Assembly (NCBI GenBank): GCA_938011445.1
Contig: CALLUH010000045.1
Location: 1-53,839, forward strand
Length of the DNA: 53,839 nucleotides
Source of the DNA: an uncultured Hyphomonadaceae bacterium
GTDB lineage: Bacteria > Pseudomonadota > Alphaproteobacteria > Caulobacterales > Hyphomonadaceae
Reading direction: 5' to 3'
The position numbers were made by a program, and so were the translations under genes. Below are positions 1 to 10,216 of this stretch, in pieces. Below the pieces are notes generated by a model. The model saw only the letters and a program-made list of their open reading frames with translations, was not told where the DNA came from and made no database searches. Positions within the stretch are counted from its first letter, which is position 1; each line of letters starts with the position of its first letter.

Positions 1-1
1 C

Positions 2-304
2 GCGCGCAGTTTCTATGTTCAATTGCTCGGTCTCACCGAAGTCCCCAAGCCCGCCGATCTCGCTCTGCGCGGTGGCTGCTGGTTCGAACACGGCGCGGTC
101 AAAGTCCATCTTGGTGTTGAGGAGCCGTTCACCCCCGCCCGAAAAGCCCATCCGGCCTTCCTCGTCGCCAATCTTGATGAACTCGCTCTCATCCTCATCG
201 ACGCAGGCCACACCGTCACCGATGGCTCTCCGCTTGAAGGCTACCATCGCAAAAACACATACGACCCCTTCGGCAACCGCATCGAATTGATGGAAAAAAC
301 CTGA
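2..304 (+). CDS. VOC/glyoxalase-family protein, 5'-truncated by the window edge
   Basis: The frame is open from nt 2 (ARSFYVQLLGLTEV...), matching the FY..LLGL first strand of glyoxalase/bleomycin-resistance folds. It ends ...DPFGNRIELMEKT with a stop at 302-304. Confidence 0.7.
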   Translation, partial: ARSFYVQLLGLTEVPKPADLALRGGCWFEHGAVKVHLGVEEPFTPARKAHPAFLVANLDELALILIDAGHTVTDGSPLEGYHRKNTYDPFGNRIELMEKT

Positions 305-385
305 GCGATTTGGGGAAACAGCCCTGAGCTGGCGGAGCCACGTCCCATTGCACCTCTGGTGCAGGGGGCCAACAAAACATCTCCC

Positions 386-817
386 CTAATTCAACTCCTC
401 ATCAGGGAGCTTCGGCGTAAGTGCTGCGGGCAGCGGCGCAACGCCAATTCCTTCGTCTCTAAGGGTCTCGGCCTCGTCGGCCGTGGCCGTGCCCCAAACG
501 GGCCGTTCGTCTGCTTCGCCATAATGCATCGCGCGCACTTGCTCGGGAAATTGCGGCCCCACATAGTCATGTGTCTTGGAAATATGGGCGCGCGCTGCGG
601 CGATCAATTCTGCCGGTTTTGGTCCGCCGTCTGGCACAAGTGACCTCTTTGTGCCCGCCACAGCGGGCGCCATGATCTGTTTGGTGACACGATGACCCGA
701 ACAATGTGCACATTCGAGTTGCCCCGCTTCGCCGAGCACATCAAAAGCCGCCGAGTTGGCATACCATGCCTCGAACTCGCCCTCGCAATCGCCGCAGATC
801 AACGCATAACGGATCAT
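386..817 (-). CDS. DUF1178-family zinc-ribbon protein
   Basis: N-terminus MIRYALICGDCEGEFEAWY...CAHCSG (two Cys pairs). Conserved position next to grxC/comF, as in many Alphaproteobacteria. Confidence 0.75.
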   Translation of the reverse strand: MIRYALICGDCEGEFEAWYANSAAFDVLGEAGQLECAHCSGHRVTKQIMAPAVAGTKRSLVPDGGPKPAELIAAARAHISKTHDYVGPQFPEQVRAMHYGEADERPVWGTATADEAETLRDEGIGVAPLPAALTPKLPDEELN

Positions 818-826
818 TGCGCGCCG

Positions 827-1084
827 CTAGCCTGCCAGAAGTGCGTCAAGCTTACCCGCACGCTCAAGCGCCATCATCTCGTCGCAGCCGCCAATATGCT
901 TGTCGTCAATGAAAATCTGCGGAAATGTTCGCCCGCCATTGGAACGCTGGATCATTTCCTGTTTCTTCTTGATGTCCATGCCCGCCTTGATTTCGGTCAT
1001 ATCGGCCTGCTTCTGCCGCAAAACCTTCAGCGCCCGCGAGCAATAAGGGCAGAACTCACGCGTGTAAATCGTCACCTTGGGCAT
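827..1084 (-). CDS. grxC: glutaredoxin 3
   Basis: CPYC active site in VTIYTREFCPYCSRALKVL, followed by TFPQIFI..HIGGCDE. The start is at MPKV (1084) or 15 nt upstream (1099). Confidence 0.9.
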   Translation of the reverse strand: MPKVTIYTREFCPYCSRALKVLRQKQADMTEIKAGMDIKKKQEMIQRSNGGRTFPQIFIDDKHIGGCDEMMALERAGKLDALLAG

Positions 1085-1118
1085 AGTCTTCGCTTTCATA
1101 TTCGGTTGGATACGGAAG

Positions 1119-1883
1119 TTATATGGTGATTTCCTCCGGTTTTACAACGCGCGCCAGAACCACAATGTTCACCTCTTTCGCGCCTGCGTTCAACAAAGCG
1201 CGAGTGACCGCCTTCAGCGTCGCCCCCGTTGTCATCACATCATCGACCAGCACGATGGACGCCCCCGCCACACGCTTGGCCGCAGATTCTGATACGCCAA
1301 ATGCGCCTTGCACATTCCGGTGCCGTGCCCGCGCGTTCAGCCCTGCCTGCGAGGGTGTGGCCCGCACCCGCTTGACCAGACCATGCGCTACTTTCACGCC
1401 CGCCTGTGCGCCGACCGCGCTTGCGAGCCAACCGGACTGATTATAGCCCCTGCGTACCAGTCTGAAATAATGCAACGGCACCGGCACAATCAGATCCGCC
1501 CGCTCAAGGCTGTCGCGTGCCGCTGCCACCATCCAGTTTGCCATCACTTTCAACCCATCGCGCCGGCCGGCCCGTTTGAGCCCCAATATCGGCACCCGCG
1601 ACACATCATCATAAACGAGCGCGGCGTGCGCCCGCCTCCATAGGGGCGTGCGCGCCTGACACACCACGCAAATGGTCCCCGCCCCAAGATCAACTTCCTG
1701 TGGTCGTGCACAGCTCTGGCACAAGGCCCCGGTTAAAAATCTCAGTGCTGCGAAATCCTCCGCCGACAGCGCCCCGCGCGCAGGCTCCCCCGACACCAGA
1801 GACCGGCCGGGCCACAACACATCGGTTAGCGTCGAAACCGCGCGCTTGGCGGAGGTGGCAATTGCGTGCATATCGGCTGGCAT
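1119..1883 (-). CDS. ComF-family phosphoribosyltransferase-domain protein
   Basis: Cys-rich N-terminal region (CQSCARP...CVVCQ) and a C-terminal PRTase motif (IVLVDDVMTTGATL). The start is uncertain: M at 1883 or 1871. The ORF-track start at 1979 would run through the divergent gene. Confidence 0.8.
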   Translation of the reverse strand: MPADMHAIATSAKRAVSTLTDVLWPGRSLVSGEPARGALSAEDFAALRFLTGALCQSCARPQEVDLGAGTICVVCQARTPLWRRAHAALVYDDVSRVPILGLKRAGRRDGLKVMANWMVAAARDSLERADLIVPVPLHYFRLVRRGYNQSGWLASAVGAQAGVKVAHGLVKRVRATPSQAGLNARARHRNVQGAFGVSESAAKRVAGASIVLVDDVMTTGATLKAVTRALLNAGAKEVNIVVLARVVKPEEITI

Positions 1884-2820
1884 GGCGACCAAATCTCCCC
1901 CGCAAATCTTCGACCGCGCCCGTTTGCGCGCGCGCCGCAATCGCGCTGCGGCGCGGTTTTCAGAGTATGACTTCCTCAAGCGCTATATGTCCAATCAGAT
2001 TATCGAACGCCTTAGCGATACCGCCCACACATTTCGCAACGCCCTCGACCTTGGCTGCCACACCGGAACGCTCGCCCACTTGCTCAAAGCTCATGCACCC
2101 GACATGCATATCCGCGCCTGTGATCTCTCGGAAGCCATGATAAGACAAGCAAGCGCAGAGGGCATTGAGGCCGTCATCCTCGATGAAGAAGCTATTTTGA
2201 CAGGCCCAAACGCGCCGGGGCAGGGCGAGTTCGATCTCGTCACCAGCGCGCTCTCGCTCCATTGGGCAAATGACCTTCCCGGCGCCCTTGCCCAAATCCG
2301 CGCAAGCTTGCAACCGGATGGATTGTTTCTTGGCGCATTATTGGGAGCAGGCACCCTGCCTGAATTGCGCTATGCCCTGAGCGAAGCGGAGAGCGAGCTT
2401 GTGGGCGGCGCGGGCGCGCGTCTTTCTCCCTTGCCGCGTTTGCAAGATATTGCGAGCCTCATGCAGCGTGCAGGCTTCGCCTTGCCCGTTGTCGATCTCG
2501 ACAAGCTGACAGTGCATTATTCCAGCCCGTTCAAATTGCTCGACGATTTGGGCGGCATGGCCGAGCGCGCAAGCTTTGCCGCGCCTGCTTCGCGTGGGCT
2601 GTCGCGCCGTATTCTCGCGCGCATGGCCGAGATCTATTTTGAAGAATTTGCTGATGAGCGCGGCAAAGTGCCTGCCACGTTCAACATAATCCACATGTCA
2701 GGCTGGGCGCCTGCGCCCCATCAGCCCCAGCCCAAAAGGCGCGGCAGTGCTACCATCTCTCTGGCCGAGGGCATCGCAAAAACAAGAGACGCAGCGCCTT
2801 TGCCTGACGGATCAACCTGA
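1882..2820 (+). CDS. class I SAM-dependent methyltransferase, NDUFAF5-like
   Basis: Internal ATG at 1882 gives MATKSPPQIFDRARLRARRNRAA...; SAM motif I is ALDLGCHTGTL. The ORF-track N-terminal extension (from 1672) is antisense to comF and was discarded. Confidence 0.8.
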   Translation: MATKSPPQIFDRARLRARRNRAAARFSEYDFLKRYMSNQIIERLSDTAHTFRNALDLGCHTGTLAHLLKAHAPDMHIRACDLSEAMIRQASAEGIEAVILDEEAILTGPNAPGQGEFDLVTSALSLHWANDLPGALAQIRASLQPDGLFLGALLGAGTLPELRYALSEAESELVGGAGARLSPLPRLQDIASLMQRAGFALPVVDLDKLTVHYSSPFKLLDDLGGMAERASFAAPASRGLSRRILARMAEIYFEEFADERGKVPATFNIIHMSGWAPAPHQPQPKRRGSATISLAEGIAKTRDAAPLPDGST

Positions 2821-2848
2821 ACAAAGAGACCTGAAAGCCCGCTCAGAC

Positions 2849-3022
2849 TCAATTAAAAGCTTCAGCATCCGCAATGGACTGGTATCTGTCGTTTGCAGCT
2901 TCCCCAACAGACGTGACAGCCGCTACAATAGCAAGCGCCAGGAGGCCAGCAATCAAGCTGTATTCGATTGCGGTCGCGCCGCTGGTGTCGGCAAAATAAG
3001 CCTTAAGACGAGCCTTAAACAT
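2849..3022 (-). CDS. flp: Flp-family type IVb pilin (57 aa), absent from the ORF track because it is under 60 aa
   Basis: Hand translation gives MFKARLKAYFADTSGATAIEYSLIAGLLALAIVAAVTSVGEAANDRYQSIADAEAFN*. It has the canonical Flp prepilin motif G/ATAIEY followed by a hydrophobic helix. An AGGAG (3033-3037, inside the last mutT codons) lies 10 nt upstream of the ATG. Confidence 0.85.
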   Translation of the reverse strand: MFKARLKAYFADTSGATAIEYSLIAGLLALAIVAAVTSVGEAANDRYQSIADAEAFN

Positions 3023-3029
3023 ATCCACT

Positions 3030-3440
3030 TTACTCCTGTGCGCCGCGAGACGCTAAATAATCAAACAGCGGCACATCCGCTGGTGGTGCGTTATAACTGT
3101 GAAGATCGGCCACGCTCACCCATCTGAGTTGCTGCCTCTCGGCCGCACGAACCGTACCGTCCCACTTGTAACAAGCATATAATGGCATGAGTAAGTGAAA
3201 GCTCGGGTAAGAAAAACTGACAAATTTCATCGATTCCAGATTTTCTGCAGTTGTTACGATGCCCAGCTCCTCGAACAATTCCCGGATCAGGGCCTGTTCA
3301 GGCGTTTCGCCGGGCTCGATCTTACCGCCGGGAAACTCCCATAGACCGGCCATTTTCTTGCCCTCGGGCCGTTTTGCCAAAAGCACCCGGCCTTCGGCGT
3401 CAAACAATGCAGCGGCCACCACAAGCACAAGTTTTGTCAT
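3030..3440 (-). CDS. mutT: NUDIX hydrolase, MutT-like 8-oxo-dGTP diphosphatase
   Basis: Nudix box GLWEFPGGKIEPGETPEQALIRELFEELGI. The start overlaps the argJ stop by 4 nt. Confidence 0.85.
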   Translation of the reverse strand: MTKLVLVVAAALFDAEGRVLLAKRPEGKKMAGLWEFPGGKIEPGETPEQALIRELFEELGIVTTAENLESMKFVSFSYPSFHLLMPLYACYKWDGTVRAAERQQLRWVSVADLHSYNAPPADVPLFDYLASRGAQE

Positions 3441-4687
3441 GTTCGATAGGCTCCGTTAATCTCGACATAACCATGGGTCAGATCGCAGGTCCAAACCGTT
3501 GCGCTGGCCTTGCCAACGCCAATATCGGCACGAATGGTAACTTTGTCGGCCGCACAAATCATGCTTGCTATCGCTTCATCATATTCAGGCGCCAGACCGC
3601 CATTTTTGGCCACTTGATGCGTTCCGAACCAGATATTAAGCCGGTCACGCTCAAGCGGTTCGTCCGTTTTGCCAATCGCCATCACCACGCGGCCCCAATT
3701 GGCATCACCTGCGGCAAGGGCGGTTTTGACCAGCGGAGAATTGGCAATCGAGGCGGCAATCACTTTGGCCGATTGGGCAGATTCTGCCCCCTCAACCGTA
3801 ATTTCGATAAATTTGCTCGCCCCCTCGCCATCGCGAACAATCTGATGGGCGAGGTCTTCCAGCACGCCATGTAGCGCCGCCGAGAAAGCGGAAAAGCGTG
3901 GGTCATCCTTATTGATAATGGGCCGTTGCCCTGAAGCGCCGGTGGCAAACACCATCAATGTGTCCGAGGTCGACGTGTCGGAGTCCACCGTGATGGCATT
4001 AAATGTCGTCTCGACATGTTCGCGCACAAGCGTGTCGAGCAGGTCCGGCGCAATCGCAGCATCGGTAAACACATAGGCCAGCATGGTTGCCATATTCGGC
4101 GCGATCATCCCCGAGCCTTTGGCAATGCCCGCAAAGGCAACCTTCCCATCCCCAAAGTCTACCGCCGTGCCAGCACCTTTTGCGAATGTGTCCGTCGTCA
4201 TAAAAGCCCGCGCTGCCGCTTCCCAATCTGGCGCATCAAGCTTGCCATAAAGCTCCGGCACCATGCTGCCGACAAAATTCGGGTCCGCGAGCGGCTGGCC
4301 GATCACGCCGGTTGCCGCCAGAAAACATGTCTCGGCCTCAACGCCGAAAGTCTCGACCAGCGCCGCCAGGGTCGCGGCATTCTTTTCGCGCCCTTCAAGC
4401 CCTGTAAATGCGTTCGAATTACCCGCATTGGCGACCAGGGCCCGCGCCTTGCCGCCGCCCTTGGCCAAAGCCTCGCGGCACCAGTCAACGTCAACCGAGC
4501 GTGTGGAAGACCGTGTGAACACGCCCGCACAAACCGTCCCCTCGTCAAACGTAAACAAAAACACATCATCGCGCTTCGGCCCACGGCCTTCGTAAAATCC
4601 GCGCGATGCGGTCGCGCAGCGTACGCCTTTAACGGCGGGCAGGTCAGGAAACTGGTCCGGTGCGAGCGGAGAACGCGAAGGGGTCAT
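3437..4687 (-). CDS. argJ: bifunctional glutamate N-acetyltransferase / amino-acid acetyltransferase
   Basis: ArgJ signatures KDDVFLF..VCAGVFT and the autoprocessing region GMIAPNMATMLAYVFTDA; ends YVEINGAYRT. The start was chosen at MTPSRSPL (4687). Confidence 0.93.
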   Translation of the reverse strand: MTPSRSPLAPDQFPDLPAVKGVRCATASRGFYEGRGPKRDDVFLFTFDEGTVCAGVFTRSSTRSVDVDWCREALAKGGGKARALVANAGNSNAFTGLEGREKNAATLAALVETFGVEAETCFLAATGVIGQPLADPNFVGSMVPELYGKLDAPDWEAAARAFMTTDTFAKGAGTAVDFGDGKVAFAGIAKGSGMIAPNMATMLAYVFTDAAIAPDLLDTLVREHVETTFNAITVDSDTSTSDTLMVFATGASGQRPIINKDDPRFSAFSAALHGVLEDLAHQIVRDGEGASKFIEITVEGAESAQSAKVIAASIANSPLVKTALAAGDANWGRVVMAIGKTDEPLERDRLNIWFGTHQVAKNGGLAPEYDEAIASMICAADKVTIRADIGVGKASATVWTCDLTHGYVEINGAYRT

Positions 4688-4773
4688 GGAACAAACGGCC
4701 TTATTGGAACGATATCGCAAGAATGAATGATCTGGCGGGATTAACAGAGTCTCAGATCGCGAAATAGAGTGTT

Positions 4774-5730
4774 TTATGGAGTGTCCAGCTCTGCTTCTAT
4801 CCCCGGTTCTGGGTCAAGTTCCGAATGACCGGTTTGCACTTGTGCCTCCCCCGTATCAGGATCAGCTGTCTCGATGTCCGCGGTCTGTCGCATCCGGCCC
4901 AGAATATCATTGATTTGCGAATAGGTCAGAAAGGTCACGATCTCCGGCCGCATCTCCTCAAGTGTTTTCGGAGCCCGCTGGCGGCGGTCCTCCACTTTCA
5001 GAATATGCCAGCCTGCTTCGCTCTCAAACAGCGCTGATACGTCTCCCACGCCTGTATTTGCGATCGTGCTGGCAAATGGTTCGGGCTGTTCGGCCGGTCC
5101 GATATAGCCAAGATCTCCGCCATCAATCCGGCTCGATGCGTCAATCGAATATTTGAACGCCGTGGCTGAAAACTCGGCCCCCTCGCTCAATTCGGCAACC
5201 ACTTGCTCGCCTGCCACCTTGTCTGCCACTGTGATCAGGCTGATACGCACTTCATCATCAAGCTGCTGTAACCGCACCTGTTCGGTATACATTTTCTGGA
5301 TTGCCTCTTCGCTGACATTGCGCGCCACCAGGGCTTCGATCAACAAATTGCTCAAAATCCGCTCACGCGCAGCTTTCAGGCGGGGCGTGGCAATGGGTTC
5401 CTTGTCCAATCCCCGCCTCAGGGACTCTTGGGCGAGCAGCCGCTGGTCAATCAACTGGTTGAGCACTGTTTCATATTCCAGATGATCCCTCTCAAACGGC
5501 TCGCCAGGCAGGATATGTCCCTGTGTGGTCGCCTCAAGCTCCAGATCCGCAACATAGATTGGCTCGCTGTTCACAAACACCGCCACTTCGCCCTCGACTT
5601 GAACGGTCGCAGGCTCTGGCACAGGCAATGACCGGCTGCATGCGCCCGCCAGCAAACAGGATAAGACCCATGCACCGCAAAATCTCCAAAAAACTTGACC
5701 AAACATAGGCATTTCTCCATTCCAGAACAT
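4774..5730 (-). CDS. PpiC/parvulin-type peptidyl-prolyl isomerase with a SurA-like N-domain (exported)
   Basis: Parvulin domain GGDLGYIGP...EAGWHILKVEDRR. Hydrophobic N-terminus ...WVLSCLLAGAC. The start could be 5730, 5709 or 5703. Confidence 0.8.
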   Translation of the reverse strand: MFWNGEMPMFGQVFWRFCGAWVLSCLLAGACSRSLPVPEPATVQVEGEVAVFVNSEPIYVADLELEATTQGHILPGEPFERDHLEYETVLNQLIDQRLLAQESLRRGLDKEPIATPRLKAARERILSNLLIEALVARNVSEEAIQKMYTEQVRLQQLDDEVRISLITVADKVAGEQVVAELSEGAEFSATAFKYSIDASSRIDGGDLGYIGPAEQPEPFASTIANTGVGDVSALFESEAGWHILKVEDRRQRAPKTLEEMRPEIVTFLTYSQINDILGRMRQTADIETADPDTGEAQVQTGHSELDPEPGIEAELDTP

Positions 5731-5901
5731 GCTCCGGATTGACTTCGCATTGGGGCATTCTTAAGTCTCCCCAGTCGGCTGGTCGAGAACAAACAGCCTC
5801 ACCGGCCTGGTCGTCCCATTATATAAGCGGCCTGTCTTAAATGGAATGTCTTGGCTATTGTACCAGAATGGGCAATGTCGCTCGCAAAAATTGGGTAATA
5901 T

Positions 5902-8643
5902 ATGCTTTCCGTCGCGCGTAAAATATTCGGGTCTTCCAATGATCGTAAGCTGAAACCACTTCGCGATCAGATCAGAAGAATTAACGACCTTGAGCCCGAA
6001 ATGCAGGCGCTCTCCGACGAGGCACTCCGCGCAAAAACCCAAGACTTTCGCGCACGGTTCGACACGGGCGAAACACTCGACAAGCTCCTTTACGAAGCCT
6101 TTGCCGTCGTCCGCGAAGCCGGCGTCCGTGCCCTTGGTATGCGTCATTTCGATGTTCAACTTATGGGCGGCATCGTGCTCCACCAGGGCGGCATCGCCGA
6201 AATGCGCACAGGCGAAGGCAAAACCCTTGTCGCAACGCTCGCCGTCTATCTCAACGCGTTAGCGGGCAAAGGGGTCCACGTTATCACGGTGAACGATTAT
6301 CTCGCCGAACGCGATGCTGAGTGGATGGGCCGCCTCTACAGCTTTCTTGGCATGACGACGGGCACCATCATACACGGCGTAGATGATGCGGGCCGCAAAG
6401 CCGCCTATGCCTGCGACATCACCTATGGAACGAACAATGAGTTCGGCTTCGATTATCTTCGCGACAATATGAAATATGATCTTGATGAAATGGTCCAGCG
6501 TGGCCATTCCTATGCCATTGTCGATGAAGTTGACTCCATTCTGATCGACGAGGCGCGTACCCCGCTGATCATTTCAGGCCAGATCGATGACCGTTCCGAG
6601 CTTTATAAAACGGTCGATGCGCTGATCCCCCAGCTTACCGATGAAGACTTCGAGATCGACGAGAAGCAGCGTTCATGCATTTACACAGAAGAGGGCACCG
6701 AAAAACTTGAACAGCTCCTGACCAATGCAGGCATCCTTGAAGGATCGCTCTGGGAGCCGTCCAATATTTCAATTGTCCACCACACCAATCAGGCGCTACG
6801 TGCCCACAAAATGTTCACCCGCGACAAGGATTATATTGTCCGCGACGGGCAGGTCATGCTGATCGACGAATTCACAGGCCGGATGATGGATGGCCGCCGC
6901 CTCTCCGAAGGTCTCCACCAGGCCATTGAGGCCAAGGAAAAAGTTGACATCAAGCCGGAAAACCAGACCCTCGCCTCGATCACCTACCAAAACTATTTCC
7001 GCCTTTATGAAAAGCTTGCAGGCATGACCGGCACCGCGCTCACCGAGGCCGACGAGTTCGACGACATCTACAAGCTGGACGTGATCGACCTGCCGACCAA
7101 CAAGCCAATCCAGCGGATTGACGATGAAGATGTTGTCTACCGCACCGCAAAGGAAAAATACAAAGCCATCATCGCCGAAGTCAAAGACTGTAAATCCCGC
7201 AACCAGCCTGTGCTTCTGGGGACAGCATCCATTGAGAAGTCCGAGCTGATTTCGACCCTGCTTGGCGCTGCGGGGATCAAGCATCAGGTGCTCAATGCAC
7301 GCCATCATGAACAGGAGGCCAGCATCATTGCGCTGGCTGGATTGCCCGGCGCAGTGACGGTTGCCACCAATATGGCCGGTCGCGGCACCGACATCCAGCT
7401 CGGCGGCAATTACGAAATGCTGCTCGAAGAAAAGGTCGAAGCGCTCGCCGAAAAAGAAGGCCGTGCGCCGACCGACAGCGAACTTGACGTCATCAAGGCC
7501 AATCTCAGGGCCGAGATTGAAATTCGCAAAAAGGAAGCCCTCGATGCGGGTGGCCTTTACGTGCTTGGCACCGAACGCCATGAAAGCCGCCGGATTGACA
7601 ATCAGCTACGCGGCCGCACAGGTCGCCAAGGCGATCCGGGCAAATCCAAGTTCTACATTTCCGCCGAAGACGATTTGATGCGGATTTTTGCCGCTGACCG
7701 TATGGAAAACGTGATGCGTAGATTGGGCATCAAGGAAGACGAGGGCATCACCCATCCGTGGATGACCAAAGCCATGCAAACCTCGCAAGGCAAAATCGAG
7801 CAGCGCAATTTCGAAATGCGCAAAAACGTCCTCAAATATGATGATGTCATCAACAATCAGCGCAAAGAAATTTTCGAGCAACGCCGTGATTTCATGCTGG
7901 CTGACAATGTGTCTGAAATTATTGCCGATATGCGCCATGATGTGATTGAGGATCTTGTCGCCCAGCACATGCCCGAAAAGGCCTATGCCGAGCAATGGGA
8001 TGTCGATGGTCTGGCCACAGCACTGCAAGCCCAGTTTTCGACCCAATTGCCGATCAAGGATTGGACCTCCGAGGAGGGCGTTGCCAATCTTGAAATCCGC
8101 GACAAGATACAAGCCGCCATTGAGGCTGAATATGCTGCCAAAAGCGGCGAGATCAATGCCCTGTCCTTGAGCGATGGTGCCGCCTCTCAGCCGGGCGTTC
8201 CAACGCGAATGCAAAATCTCGAACGCCGCGTTTTGCTCGAAATGATTGATCGTAGCTGGCGCGAACATTTGCAACATATTGACCAGCTGCGCTCTGTTAT
8301 CGGGCTGCGTGGCTATGGTCAGCGCGATCCGCTCAACGAGTTCAAATCCGAGGCTTTCACGCTGTTTGATGACATGCTCAACAAGCTGCGCACGGATGTC
8401 ACGCGCGTCCTGATGAATTTACAGGTTGCCGCTCCCGTTGCGCCGCCCCCGCCGCCACGACGCGTCGTTGAGACACATATTGATCCCGCAACTGGCGAAA
8501 ATCTGGCTGCACCCCAACAGCCTGCGAGCGCCCAAATGGCCGATCAAGGCAAGTTGGGCGTACCTGCACGTGCGCCTTCAAGAAACGCACCATGCCCGTG
8601 CGGATCGGGTCGCAAATACAAGCGTTGCCACGGCGCATTCTAA
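5902..8643 (+). CDS. secA: preprotein translocase ATPase SecA
   Basis: [18 protein letters not shown]..., Walker [28 protein letters not shown], and the C-terminal zinc motif [14 protein letters not shown]. Confidence 0.98.
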   Translation: MLSVARKIFGSSNDRKLKPLRDQIRRINDLEPEMQALSDEALRAKTQDFRARFDTGETLDKLLYEAFAVVREAGVRALGMRHFDVQLMGGIVLHQGGIAEMRTGEGKTLVATLAVYLNALAGKGVHVITVNDYLAERDAEWMGRLYSFLGMTTGTIIHGVDDAGRKAAYACDITYGTNNEFGFDYLRDNMKYDLDEMVQRGHSYAIVDEVDSILIDEARTPLIISGQIDDRSELYKTVDALIPQLTDEDFEIDEKQRSCIYTEEGTEKLEQLLTNAGILEGSLWEPSNISIVHHTNQALRAHKMFTRDKDYIVRDGQVMLIDEFTGRMMDGRRLSEGLHQAIEAKEKVDIKPENQTLASITYQNYFRLYEKLAGMTGTALTEADEFDDIYKLDVIDLPTNKPIQRIDDEDVVYRTAKEKYKAIIAEVKDCKSRNQPVLLGTASIEKSELISTLLGAAGIKHQVLNARHHEQEASIIALAGLPGAVTVATNMAGRGTDIQLGGNYEMLLEEKVEALAEKEGRAPTDSELDVIKANLRAEIEIRKKEALDAGGLYVLGTERHESRRIDNQLRGRTGRQGDPGKSKFYISAEDDLMRIFAADRMENVMRRLGIKEDEGITHPWMTKAMQTSQGKIEQRNFEMRKNVLKYDDVINNQRKEIFEQRRDFMLADNVSEIIADMRHDVIEDLVAQHMPEKAYAEQWDVDGLATALQAQFSTQLPIKDWTSEEGVANLEIRDKIQAAIEAEYAAKSGEINALSLSDGAASQPGVPTRMQNLERRVLLEMIDRSWREHLQHIDQLRSVIGLRGYGQRDPLNEFKSEAFTLFDDMLNKLRTDVTRVLMNLQVAAPVAPPPPPRRVVETHIDPATGENLAAPQQPASAQMADQGKLGVPARAPSRNAPCPCGSGRKYKRCHGAF

Positions 8644-8670
8644 TCGGGTCAGCGGCAAATGGGTGGCGAC

Positions 8671-10017
8671 CTAAATCGCCGCGCGTACCGCCTCTGCGAC
8701 CTCTTCGGCCGCCGCCAGCATCTCGGCTTGATCTTCCGCTTCCGCCATCACGCGGACAAGCGGCTCGGTTCCTGATTTGCGGATCACAAGCCGGCCCGTT
8801 TTGCCAAGCCGCTTGGTCACATCCGCAATAACCGTTTTCACTTTCGCCGCTTGCAGCGGATCCTTGCCCTCATAGCGTATATTGATCAGTTTTTGCGGCG
8901 CGGGCGCAAACACATTCCCAAGCTCTGACATTGGCCGCCCCGTTTCCACCATGGCGCTAAGCACTTGCAAACTGGCCAGAAGCCCGTCCCCCGTCGTTGC
9001 AAAATCAGACATCACAATGTGCCCCGATTGCTCGCCGCCAAGATTATACCCCTCTGCCCGCATCTTCTCGACGACATAGCGGTCGCCAACCTGTGTGCGC
9101 TCCAGGGCGAGGCCAAGACCTTCCAAATGCCGCTCCAGCCCCAGATTGGACATCACCGTCGTCACTATACCGGACTTTGACAGTTTTCCCGCCGCGAGCC
9201 ATTGCCCCGCAATCAGCCCGATCAACTGGTCGCCATCAATCTCTCTGGCGTTCTCGTCAACAAGGATGCAGCGGTCCGCATCGCCATCAAGCGCAATACC
9301 AATATCAGCCCCATGCTTGATCACTTCCTGTTTGAGCGCGCGCGTGTCCGTCGAGCCAATTTCGAGATTAATGTTAAACCCGTTGGGCGCATCCCCAATG
9401 CAGATAACGTCCGCGCCAAGCTCGTAAAGCGCACGCGGCGCAACCTTATAAGCGGCCCCGTTCGCACAATCTATGACAATGCGTAACCCCGAAAGCCGCA
9501 TACCGCGCGGGAAAGTCGCCTTGGCAATCTCGATATAGCGGGAGGTTGCTTCATCAATCCGGATCGCCCGGCCAAGATCTTTTGAGCCAGCCAGCTTATG
9601 ATCGAGCGGCTTGTCCATCAGCGCTTCAATCTCAAGCTCGATCTCGTCTGACAATTTATACCCGTCCGGCCCGAACAGTTTCAGTCCATTGTCCTGAAAG
9701 CTATTATGCGAGGCTGAAATCATCACCCCGAGATCGGCTCGCAAAGACCGCGTCATCATCGCCACGGCAGGCGTCGGGATCGGGCCAAACAGCGTGACGT
9801 CCATGCCCACGGCGGTAAATCCGGCCACCAAAGCAGGCTCGATCATATAGCCCGATAGCCGCGTATCCTTGCCAATCACGACCGAATGTCTGCGCGGATC
9901 GGTCGAGCGGAAATATTTACCCGCAGCCATGCCCAGCCGCATCGCCACTTCCGGCGTCATCTTGCCCGTATTCGCCGTCCCCCGAATGCCATCTGTACCG
10001 AAATATTTGCGTGCCAT
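8671..10017 (-). CDS. glmM: phosphoglucosamine mutase
   Basis: The internal start gives [13 protein letters not shown]. Active-site loop [13 protein letters not shown]; GEQSGH near the C-terminus. The ORF-track N-terminal extension to 10176 was discarded. Confidence 0.95.
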   Translation of the reverse strand: MARKYFGTDGIRGTANTGKMTPEVAMRLGMAAGKYFRSTDPRRHSVVIGKDTRLSGYMIEPALVAGFTAVGMDVTLFGPIPTPAVAMMTRSLRADLGVMISASHNSFQDNGLKLFGPDGYKLSDEIELEIEALMDKPLDHKLAGSKDLGRAIRIDEATSRYIEIAKATFPRGMRLSGLRIVIDCANGAAYKVAPRALYELGADVICIGDAPNGFNINLEIGSTDTRALKQEVIKHGADIGIALDGDADRCILVDENAREIDGDQLIGLIAGQWLAAGKLSKSGIVTTVMSNLGLERHLEGLGLALERTQVGDRYVVEKMRAEGYNLGGEQSGHIVMSDFATTGDGLLASLQVLSAMVETGRPMSELGNVFAPAPQKLINIRYEGKDPLQAAKVKTVIADVTKRLGKTGRLVIRKSGTEPLVRVMAEAEDQAEMLAAAEEVAEAVRAAI

Positions 10018-10216
10018 CAACCTGTCCCGAAATGATCCCGTTCTGCCCAGTGTGATTAGCTCGTTTGCCCGAAAAAGGGAAACTATGCGCAAAATCTTAC
10101 GCACCAGGCTGCATTTTGGCCTCAGGATAAGCAATATATACGCCGAAGCTTGCTTGAACCGCGCATTGTGGCACATAAGGCCGGACCAGACAGACAGCGG
10201 CTAAAAGGGACACCAA

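Noticed and set aside
81-88. GGTTCGAA, resembling a tRNA T-loop
   Set aside because: It lies inside the VOC-family coding frame and has no surrounding acceptor or anticodon stem complementarity. I found no tRNA-like cloverleaf anywhere in the window.
2747-3127. 126-aa plus-strand ORF covering the methyltransferase 3' end, the flp region and the mutT 3' end
   Set aside because: It overlaps three better-supported genes, and the minus strand here encodes a textbook Flp prepilin. The plus-strand product has no recognisable features.
6796-8277. Two long minus-strand ORFs (6796..7581 and 7606..8277) inside secA
   Set aside because: They are antisense to a fully conserved SecA reading frame and have no motifs. 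They are open antisense frames due to codon bias.
8671-10176. N-terminal extensions in the ORF track for glmM, and likewise for ORFs 1672, 22902, 23339, 29391, 31028..32002, 46222..47379 and 51266..52744
   Set aside because: In each case an internal Met reproduces the conserved family N-terminus (for example [43 protein letters not shown], or the lipoprotein signal MIRNPLLFF…). The extension runs into intergenic or neighbouring-gene sequence.
10018-10216. Possible glmS-type riboswitch or ribozyme, or other structured leader near glmM/galE/glmS
   Set aside because: The glmS ribozyme is a Gram-positive feature. The glmS 5' gap here is only 12 nt after galE, and I saw no extended pairing in the glmM-galE spacer.
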